From positions 1 to 28,717 of the forward strand of contig JBHLPR010000027.1 of the NCBI GenBank assembly GCA_048939245.1: a stretch of DNA of 28,717 nt, read 5' to 3'. Each line of letters opens with the position of its first letter. The first letter of the stretch is position 1. A program made the translations under genes and the position numbers. Of this stretch, positions 17,222 to 24,861 are shown one piece after another. The notes beneath the pieces were generated by a model, which was given only the letters and a program-made list of their open reading frames with translations, had not been told where the DNA came from and did no database searches. The DNA comes from Promethearchaeota archaeon (GTDB lineage: Archaea; Asgardarchaeota; Hermodarchaeia; Hermodarchaeales; Hermodarchaeaceae).

Positions 17222-17719
17222 TTAAGATTTGGTTTTGATACGTTTAAAGAGTGGTCGAAGCTTTGTATAGTTGTCATTGGTTTCAATATCATCAAAGAGA
17301 GTATCTTCCAGGGATTGTTCAAGGGCTTGCTGGAGTTGTTCTTCTGCTTGCTTTTCTTTGCCAAGTTCGATGAGCGCCCAAGCATGGTTGAGGAAAATCG
17401 TTGGGGTAGGATCGGGAAGATTAGCTGCTTTTGCATAGCAGCGTTCCCCTTCAGCCCAATTTTTTTCGAGTAAATAGAGATAACCTAGATTGTTCCAGTG
17501 TTGAGGATTTTTGGGCTCAAGTTCTGTGACTTTTTTGGCTGCTTGAATGGCAAGTTCATTCTGTTTCTTTTGGTGGTAGATATTTGCGAGCAGATTCCAA
17601 CCGTCAATGTTTTTCTGGTCTAGATCCAGGAGATCCTTTGTGAGCATTTCTGCCCGGTCAAAATCTTCATCACTAAATGCGATAACTGCTCGTTGAAATA
17701 GGTCACTTTCTTTTCCCAT
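17222..17719 (-). CDS. Tetratricopeptide repeat protein
   Basis: Repeats WNLLANIY..AI.A..K..EL.P, WNNLGYLY..CY.KA and FLNHAWAL. Likely start MGKESD at 17719. Confidence 0.85.
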   Translation of the reverse strand: MGKESDLFQRAVIAFSDEDFDRAEMLTKDLLDLDQKNIDGWNLLANIYHQKKQNELAIQAAKKVTELEPKNPQHWNNLGYLYLLEKNWAEGERCYAKAANLPDPTPTIFLNHAWALIELGKEKQAEEQLQQALEQSLEDTLFDDIETNDNYTKLRPLFKRIKTKS

Positions 17720-17829
17720 AAGCCTGCACCAATCCGTATTCCTTCTCGTGTTCCTTCCTCTTAAATGACTCTTAATAGAAATGCCGATGAGATTGTCAAA
17801 AAGGTTTGCAATTATTGTATTTTGAAAAA

Positions 17830-18228
17830 TCAATCTGTCTCTTTTTGTTTAGTTTCATCAATACCCATCATTTTACGATATCGGGCATATCGCTCTTGGT
17901 CCATTCGATCAAAGCGTTTTTTGAATTCCCGTTTTAAAAATGATTGCATAATGAAATAAGTCAAACCGACCGTAAAACCAATTCCGATACTAACGAAGAC
18001 AAAGATAAATGCAAACATCCATATCCCGAGGGCCATGGTATCTAGACCCAACAGACTAAAACCAAAACTAACCCCAAACAAGATTATACTCATGATAAAT
18101 AATCCAATGGCAAAAATAAGGAAATCACGCATGCGTGAACGCCGGGGTTGACTCTCACCTTCGCTTCTTGGCACCCGTCGAGGAGGACGATAATACTGGG
18201 TTGCTAGTGCAGTCACATGACTCACCAA
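17830..18228 (-). CDS. Hypothetical membrane protein (2 TM)
   Basis: Two long hydrophobic segments flanked by basic regions. Confidence 0.7.
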   Translation of the reverse strand: MVSHVTALATQYYRPPRRVPRSEGESQPRRSRMRDFLIFAIGLFIMSIILFGVSFGFSLLGLDTMALGIWMFAFIFVFVSIGIGFTVGLTYFIMQSFLKREFKKRFDRMDQERYARYRKMMGIDETKQKETD

Positions 18229-18396
18229 AATTTGGTGTGTTCACACGCACGGTGAACGGTTAAAATTATTTGGGTATCGGATTTATGAAATATTAGCTCC
18301 TAGCAAGGAAAAATCTCTGATTTTTCCAATACACGAAAGCCTTTTCTAAAGAAGTATGCTTAAAGGTGCTTACCTCTTTTCAGGAGGAATTTAATC

Positions 18397-18747
18397 ATGG
18401 CTTATGAACACTATGTTAAACTATTGAGCTTCTGGGGTTCAATCATCGCTATAATTATCGCTCTCATTTCGATTGCATATTATGCGGTTACTCTCGCTAT
18501 GTGGATCCCTCTTCTGGGGCCATTTTGGCTAATGGCTGCTGGAAGCTTTCTAGCAACAATCGTCTTTGATGTGATTGCTTTAATCTGTGCTTTCATCGTT
18601 TGGCGCAAGTATGTTCCAATGCTTGACGTAAACTATAATGCTACAGCGATTCCCTTAATCATCTTAGGAATCCTCTCATGGGCCGCAGTTGGAGGCTTTC
18701 TCATCTTCATTGCGGGTATCCTAGTGTTTCTGGACAAAGAAGGGTAA
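18397..18747 (+). CDS. Small multi-pass membrane protein (tandem paralog 1)
   Basis: 116 aa, about 4 TM, AGGAGG RBS, C-terminal GGFLIFIAGILVFLD. Confidence 0.78.
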   Translation: MAYEHYVKLLSFWGSIIAIIIALISIAYYAVTLAMWIPLLGPFWLMAAGSFLATIVFDVIALICAFIVWRKYVPMLDVNYNATAIPLIILGILSWAAVGGFLIFIAGILVFLDKEG

Positions 18748-18805
18748 GCATAATTCAGCGGGATCAAAAACCATCGAGGAACTCAGCCTTTGAAAAGCTA
18801 GTTCC

Positions 18806-18823
18806 TCTCTTCTTTTCTTTTTT
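18806..18823 (+). terminator. Probable archaeal oligo-T terminator
   Basis: Pyrimidine run CTCTTCTTTTCTTTTTT about 60 nt after the stop of 18397..18747. Confidence 0.4.
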
Positions 18824-18890
18824 AAATAACCTCAGAACCGGACAGTATAAGAAAAGTGTGAGGTCTAATTTATGGATAGAGGTTTGACTT

Positions 18891-19241
18891 ATGGATCTGA
18901 TTGAAGCGGCGAATCGTTTGTTAAAATTTGGTTCTATTTTGGGAATGGTATTAGGCCTGTTATCAACGCTGTTTTGGGTATATTTCATTATAATCGGATT
19001 AGGTCCGCCCTTCTTTGTGGTGAATCTTTATGAGGTTCTCCTAGCAATCTTTAGCGTTGCTGCTTTACTATTATCTTATTTCGTATTGACTCGTTTTCCA
19101 GGTAGAATCCGGTTAGATCCCTCTCGTTCAGCTCTTTACCTCGTTGGCATCGGTTTTATTATTGCTATTGGTTCATGGGGGATTGCAGGATTGCTCATTG
19201 TCATTGCAGCAATCTTAGTTCTTATTGATGAAACTAGTTAG
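18891..19241 (+). CDS. Small multi-pass membrane protein (tandem paralog 2)
   Basis: 116 aa, about 4 TM, GAGG RBS, C-terminal AGLLIVIAAILVLID similar to the preceding gene. Confidence 0.78.
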   Translation: MDLIEAANRLLKFGSILGMVLGLLSTLFWVYFIIIGLGPPFFVVNLYEVLLAIFSVAALLLSYFVLTRFPGRIRLDPSRSALYLVGIGFIIAIGSWGIAGLLIVIAAILVLIDETS

Positions 19242-19256
19242 ACTTGTTCCTAGTAC

Positions 19257-20345
19257 TTAGATTGTTAGTTTTTCATCCATAATGACAGCAGTGGGTCCAA
19301 TGCTCACAATCGCGTCGTTGAGAGAATGACTATATTGGAGGTTACTCCGACTTCGTCCTCCGATGACACTATTGTCTCCGAGACCTAGAGTTATAGTCCC
19401 TGGAATTAATTCGTCGAGTGCTTCTCCAAGAGGGGTTGAAGCATTGGGATTGATACCAAAGGTCAAGCGCGTTAAATGATCTTTTTCCCCTGCTCCAGCA
19501 CGGATTGCGTGGTCAAAAGTTGTTTCTCCTTTTAATGCCCGAAACTCGGTTACTTGTCCTTTAGTGAAATCGAGTCTTAAATTTTGGACGGTATCGCCAA
19601 GATAAGCACGAGGCCAATTGAAGACAACGGTTCCCTCGGCACTCGATGATTTTACTGGAACTGAAATGGATCCCGCCGGTAACTGGGCAAAGACGTTTTT
19701 GTTTTTCATATCGGTTTGGTCAATTATGCCGTCATCGATGCGCGGGGCTCCTTCGATTCGAAATCGAAGATCTGTTCCTTCACTTGAACTGAGATGAATG
19801 TCTCGATGTTTACGCAACAGAGCTTCAATTCGTTGACCTAAGTCAATCATTGCTGATTGATTTCCAGTCATACAACGATTATTCTCTTGCATAAGCTTTG
19901 AATGAACAATACCATAGGCTTTAGCAGCTTGCTCCGTAAAGCCTGTTGATCGCACATGGAGTGTGCGAACCTGATTCATAAACGCGGTACCCAATAATTG
20001 AGTGATTTGGCCTGTCAGATGAAGGACTTTTCCTTTATCTGCTGATTTGAATATCCCAGGGTCTCCTGGTCCTTCGAAAACAACCAATCCATCAGATTTC
20101 GCAACTCCTGCAAACCAATGACGCGGTGCCGTTATCACTGCTTCTTGAGGTCCTTTTTTTAGAACATGCGTTAAGAGATTTTCCGTCATAACGCTTACAA
20201 TGACACTAGCTCCATGGAGCTGTGCCTGTTGAGCGACCTCCTGTGCGAGGTCTAGCGTATGATCCCAAGTATGCACCCAAATACATTCACGATCTCGCAC
20301 ACGAAGTGCATCACGGATAATCTGTCGTGCAAATGACGTGGCCAT
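19257..20345 (-). CDS. Peptidase M29 (AmpS/AmpT thermophilic metalloprotease)-like protein with degenerate metal site
   Basis: L.VRDRE, GTDLRF, DDGII, LPAG..P...AEG.V, FGINP, LDE..PGT..LGLGDN..GG..S fold-level motifs; GAGGT RBS. Confidence 0.78.
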   Translation of the reverse strand: MATSFARQIIRDALRVRDRECIWVHTWDHTLDLAQEVAQQAQLHGASVIVSVMTENLLTHVLKKGPQEAVITAPRHWFAGVAKSDGLVVFEGPGDPGIFKSADKGKVLHLTGQITQLLGTAFMNQVRTLHVRSTGFTEQAAKAYGIVHSKLMQENNRCMTGNQSAMIDLGQRIEALLRKHRDIHLSSSEGTDLRFRIEGAPRIDDGIIDQTDMKNKNVFAQLPAGSISVPVKSSSAEGTVVFNWPRAYLGDTVQNLRLDFTKGQVTEFRALKGETTFDHAIRAGAGEKDHLTRLTFGINPNASTPLGEALDELIPGTITLGLGDNSVIGGRSRSNLQYSHSLNDAIVSIGPTAVIMDEKLTI

Positions 20346-20744
20346 TTATATCAACCTCATAAAATACTGCTACCTGTTCAATGAGAATCAGACTTTATAA
20401 TGTCTTGCTCAGCCATCAGAAACACACCGTAGTTAGCTGTTTCAGTTTACTCCCTCCCTCTCCTTCTATATATGAAATGAAGAATAGATACCACAGCGTG
20501 AAGAATCATGACTCGCACCCCTCCACTCAAATCTAAAACGCCCTATTTGAACCCACAAAAGTGGCGGATAACTTACTTACCTGATGATTCATCCGTTATC
20601 GACTTCGACAACGCATCCTAGTGATCGACCGCTATCTTGAAGCCCTTATTCACAAGGAGGAGCGGGGGAGCCAGGGGTACATCCTTCAGCACCGTAACAG
20701 TTAAAAACAAACTAAATTCCGCTGCAATTGCAGAAGTGACTCTA

Positions 20745-21428
20745 ATGCGAGAACCACAACTGCGACACGCGCTATTAGTGCTTTGTATTTTCATAATCGC
20801 GACAAGCACTTCTTCAGTACTTGCACAAAACGGTCAATGGGTATTAATCGGTGAAGACTATTTCACCTACATTGAACCATTATCCGGTCATTCCTCATGG
20901 ATTTTTAATATCACACATGGACCAAACGATCGGTGGGGCATCAATTGTACAATCAGCGGATTCGGCTTTCACCCAGCAACTGTAATCATCTGTGATGAAC
21001 CAGGTTATCATCAGTGGATTGAAACCGGAAATACCCACCAGTGCCATTTTGTTCAAGCCATCAACTATAGTTTGCACACCACTGTCGACCTTCCACATCC
21101 AAGTCAGTGGTACTTCATCCTCAATAACAGCTGTCCAGTGACTCTCTACTTCTCCTTACGCCTTACCCACTACCATTGGGCTACTGGACCCACAATGCCA
21201 CCACCAAATCCTTTTGAAGGAATCAGTAACCTCTTCGGATATCTAATAATCATTGGTCTCGTCGTCTTCATACTAATACCCTGTATTTGCCGAGTCAACT
21301 GTTTCAGTTTGTTCCGTTGGCGAAGAAATAAACATCCTCCCAAAAAAATGGAAAATCCCCAGACTATCATCGTGGTTATGACCCCTGAACAACTCGAACG
21401 GCACGCTGAAGACGACGATTACTATTAA
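20745..21428 (+). CDS. Hypothetical type I membrane protein (signal peptide, beta-rich extracellular domain, TM, Cys/basic tail)
   Basis: Hydrophobic N-terminus ending VLA-Q, beta-rich domain with P..SQWYFILNN, Pro linker, TM YLIIIGLVVFILIP, tail CICRVNC..RWRR. Likely ATG at 20745. Confidence 0.7.
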   Translation: MREPQLRHALLVLCIFIIATSTSSVLAQNGQWVLIGEDYFTYIEPLSGHSSWIFNITHGPNDRWGINCTISGFGFHPATVIICDEPGYHQWIETGNTHQCHFVQAINYSLHTTVDLPHPSQWYFILNNSCPVTLYFSLRLTHYHWATGPTMPPPNPFEGISNLFGYLIIIGLVVFILIPCICRVNCFSLFRWRRNKHPPKKMENPQTIIVVMTPEQLERHAEDDDYY

Positions 21429-21555
21429 TTTATGGCTTACTTGGCAAACCTTCGAAGCAAGGAAGTAAAACGCAACACCCACCAATCGAGTTAAAAGCCA
21501 ACATACAAAATAAATACTCAAGGACCTACTGACCCCATACTAGGAGAAACTGCCT

Positions 21556-22593
21556 ATGAGTAAACCCCAATTTATTTTCAAAGTCCCCGTAGCCGGAGAC
21601 GGTGCCGTCGGCAAGACCAGCCTCATCGTCCGGTACACCCAGGGAACTTTTACTGAGACGTACAAAATGACTATTGGCACCTCTTTTGCGGTGAAAACAG
21701 TTGATTTAGATCAGGTGATAGTGAAGCTGCAAATTTGGGATTTGGCGGGACAACCACATTTTGGAGGGGTGCGTCCGTTATTTTATCAGGGGTCAACGGG
21801 CGTCATTTACGTATTTAGTGTGACGGATCGAGCCTCGTTTGATCATTTGGCGGGTTGGCTTGAGGAGGCGCGGAAGAATTCAGGGAATATTCCGGGAATC
21901 CTGATTGGGAATAAGACTGACTTGATGGATCAACGAGTGGTGTCGCGTGAGGAAGCGGAGGCATTCGCGGCCCAAGCAAGCTTAAGGTATATTGAGACAA
22001 GCGCGAAGATGGATGAAAATGTAGGGGATGCCTTTCATTTAATGGCAGCGACGATTATGGAGACCAAACCGGAGTATGGCGTCACCTCTGAAGCTCCGGT
22101 TAAAGTTGCAGTTCCTGAACCAGAAGCGGAACCAGAGGTTAGTCAGCCAGAAGAGCCACAAGTGACGGCTTCTGAGGTTGAACCTGAACCGGAAGTTGAA
22201 CCGATTCCCCTTATCTTAGATGAGTCTGAGGTTCAGAGTCCACCAACACCTGTGCCTGAGCCAGTAGCCCCTGAACCTGAGGTTATTAAGCCGGTTGAGC
22301 CTCCACCGGTAAGTGAATCCGAACCAGTCTCCGTTTCTCCTCCAAGTGAACCCGAGGTGTCATCTGAAGATGTCGTTGTGGAAGTGAAATCCACATCTAA
22401 CCTTGTGGAATTCGTAGGGATTGACCCTCACAGTCTTTCAGAGGAGGATTTTGAGAAAAGATCGATTCATGCAATGCAACGGTTAGGCGTAAGTGAAGTA
22501 GGAGTGTTGGGGACGTTTCTTCGTAGTTTGATTCGTCAAGGGCAACGGGGTGTTGTGATTGAAAGTTTGGAGAGTCTCCAGAAAGATCGCTAG
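21556..22593 (+). CDS. Rab-like small GTPase with long Pro/Glu-rich C-terminal extension
   Basis: G1 GDGAVGKT, G2 YKMTIG, G3 WDLAGQ, G4 NKTD, G5 ETSAK; RabF2 KLQIW intact; AGGAG RBS. Confidence 0.93.
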   Translation: MSKPQFIFKVPVAGDGAVGKTSLIVRYTQGTFTETYKMTIGTSFAVKTVDLDQVIVKLQIWDLAGQPHFGGVRPLFYQGSTGVIYVFSVTDRASFDHLAGWLEEARKNSGNIPGILIGNKTDLMDQRVVSREEAEAFAAQASLRYIETSAKMDENVGDAFHLMAATIMETKPEYGVTSEAPVKVAVPEPEAEPEVSQPEEPQVTASEVEPEPEVEPIPLILDESEVQSPPTPVPEPVAPEPEVIKPVEPPPVSESEPVSVSPPSEPEVSSEDVVVEVKSTSNLVEFVGIDPHSLSEEDFEKRSIHAMQRLGVSEVGVLGTFLRSLIRQGQRGVVIESLESLQKDR

Positions 22594-22599
22594 TTTGTA

Positions 22600-23013
22600 T
22601 TAACGTCCTTGTTGCCGTGCAGCCATACATGCAATAAAGAGTAGTTGGGCTACGATAATCATTATCGGATATGTTATCGGATCCCAATATCCCGCATCTG
22701 CCGTGACAAGGATTAATCCGACCTCATCAACAGCCAATCCAAGGCCTAGTCCAAGGAAAAAGGCGCCAAATACCATTGCACCACGACTATCCCAGTAAAG
22801 TCCGATGAAACCTCCGAGTGTCATGAGAATGAGACCCCACAGGATATGATGATAGTGATAGATGCCTGTTTCGATTCCAATACCGGGAGCAACAACGACG
22901 GTAATAATACGGGAACCGATAATCGCTAAACAGTACCAAATGAGGACGACCCCCGTAATCTGGGCGATGGATGCCGTTTTGATTCGGTCGCTGACTTTTT
23001 TACTGCTGCTCAT
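22600..23013 (-). CDS. Hypothetical membrane protein with HxHH...DE motif
   Basis: About 4 TM; YHYHHILWG and GLGLAVDE; GGAGG RBS before ATG at 23013. Confidence 0.75.
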   Translation of the reverse strand: MSSSKKVSDRIKTASIAQITGVVLIWYCLAIIGSRIITVVVAPGIGIETGIYHYHHILWGLILMTLGGFIGLYWDSRGAMVFGAFFLGLGLGLAVDEVGLILVTADAGYWDPITYPIMIIVAQLLFIACMAARQQGR

Positions 23014-23175
23014 TATGTGGTCCTCCAATGATTAGGATTAGCCTTTGTGTAGTTTCTTTCTTTGATATAAGCTTAGCTTACCTATTCAGATAATGGCTCT
23101 GGCGTATCTAGGGCGAAGCTATTTAGGGAAGTGACAGGGTATTTTACGAAATTATTGATTTGGTTGGTTGTACTA

Positions 23176-23568
23176 ATGTTACTTACTCCGGCTGAATTGG
23201 ATGCGATTATCACCTTTATCATTAGCATGATTGTTGCCACGATTGCCTTCTATGCTGCAGGTCGCCTCCTATCAGGAGTTAATGCAAAATTCACTGATGC
23301 TATTTTTGTAGCCTTGCTGGGTTTGTTACTAAAGTTTGGAATCGATTGGACTCTAAGCTTTGTACTTGTACCAGGTCTTAATGAGATAGTGATATTTGCT
23401 TGGAGCGTTGTGAGTCTATTAGCTACCTTCATTGTGTGGATGCTCTTAGTTCAGCATTTCTTTGATACCATGTTCTTCCGTGGACTCACAATCGTCATCA
23501 TCGGCTTCATCTTGATTCTCATTATCGACTTTGCCATCAACTTTCTGTTTATCCTGTTCTTCCCGTAA
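23176..23568 (+). CDS. Hypothetical membrane protein (about 4 TM)
   Basis: Highly hydrophobic ORF. Start at ATG 23176 or GTG 23131. Confidence 0.72.
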   Translation: MLLTPAELDAIITFIISMIVATIAFYAAGRLLSGVNAKFTDAIFVALLGLLLKFGIDWTLSFVLVPGLNEIVIFAWSVVSLLATFIVWMLLVQHFFDTMFFRGLTIVIIGFILILIIDFAINFLFILFFP

Positions 23569-23585
23569 TGATTGACGGAATTAGA

Positions 23586-23801
23586 TTAGCGTTTGAATTT
23601 ATGGGCTTGGTTACTAGCATCTTCGCGTGTATACCTTCCAGAGCAGAAGGACGCTAGAATGAATATGAATAGTAAAATGGCGAATCCGATTGCGAATGGA
23701 AGAATAACTGGGTTGATTAGTATTAGAATCCAGGTGGCAATTAAGGCTAGGATTATCAAAAATAATGGACAAACAATATCGATCCAACGCATGGCAACCA
23801 T
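23586..23801 (-). CDS. Small hypothetical membrane protein (2 TM)
   Basis: Two hydrophobic helices and a polar tail; fills the gap between neighbours. Confidence 0.55.
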   Translation of the reverse strand: MVAMRWIDIVCPLFLIILALIATWILILINPVILPFAIGFAILLFIFILASFCSGRYTREDASNQAHKFKR

Positions 23802-23927
23802 TGATCATTAATTTCTTGATTCATTTAAGGCTTCAGCCTTTCGGGAATTCTTAGATAAAACAGTACATATAGTTAAAAAGTGAATCCTGTATAAAGAAAC
23901 CAATTCCCAACACTTTATCCACTTTGG

Positions 23928-24641
23928 ATGGATGTGGATTCAGTTATGACGAAACAGCTAACCATGCCGATTTATAAGCCCTGGTATCAAGGACCGTTGA
24001 AATATACTGATTCAGAAATGATTCAAATTATCTTCACACCCACGAAAGCCTGTTATGAACGAATTCTTCCTAAGCCCCTTAAACCGGGTCTTTTAGGTGG
24101 TGCATATCTTGCACAATTTCGTAATTCTCCTTATGGGGATATATGGGAATCTGCTATTGTTGTCCAGTGTACATATGAAGAGTACTTTGGGGTCTATTGC
24201 ATCACGATGCACACTGATAACATCAAATCAATGGTAGCCCATCGAGAAATCTGGGGTTTTCCTTCAAAACCAGCGAAATTCAAGTATTCACGTAAAGAAA
24301 ATCGGATCAAAGCCCAAGTAATCACAGGAAAAATTCCGCTCATGAAATTTGATATCAAACTTGAGGGACCAGGAGAATGGATTGACACTGGTGATACAAT
24401 CAATTTGAAACTAATTCCCGCAGTTGATGGTGAGTCCTATGATGTGCAACACATAACTGCATCAAAACTTGATTTCGTCATACATGAAGGAATGGCTGGC
24501 GAAGGGAAACTTGAACTGAACAACAGCGACGACGATCCGTTAGCCGATTTATTGGAATTCGAAAGTATCGTTGCAGGAACTTGGTTCAAAGTTGATTTGA
24601 CTACAAATCTCGGAAAAATCATAGCTGAAGCCAAACTATGA
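23928..24641 (+). CDS. Acetoacetate decarboxylase-family (ADC-like) protein
   Basis: LPKPLKP, GDIWESAIVVQC, REIWGFPxK and NLKLIPAVDG motifs. Confidence 0.8.
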   Translation: MDVDSVMTKQLTMPIYKPWYQGPLKYTDSEMIQIIFTPTKACYERILPKPLKPGLLGGAYLAQFRNSPYGDIWESAIVVQCTYEEYFGVYCITMHTDNIKSMVAHREIWGFPSKPAKFKYSRKENRIKAQVITGKIPLMKFDIKLEGPGEWIDTGDTINLKLIPAVDGESYDVQHITASKLDFVIHEGMAGEGKLELNNSDDDPLADLLEFESIVAGTWFKVDLTTNLGKIIAEAKL

Positions 24642-24861
24642 TTTGGGTTCCATTGATTGGTTATTGACGATTATACTCCCAGAAATTTATGGAGTTATAA
24701 GCACCTGTATTTAATAATCAGTAGTTCCGCCAGTTGTGTACATCAACTCGATGAAGAAGGCTAGAAATCGCCATTGCAGAACCTAAGGCATTTAAACAAA
24801 AACACAGCTTCGGAACGCCAATCTCAGGGGATAATCCTGTAGTAGCTGGAGGTGTTATTCA

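Noticed and set aside
20668-20695. SRP RNA helix 8 (GCCAGG...AGCA)
   Set aside because: No GNRA tetraloop and wrong spacing between CAGG and AGCA.
22087-22380. DNA tandem repeat array
   Set aside because: The repetition is low-complexity Glu/Pro/Val coding with variable codons, not a nucleotide-level repeat.
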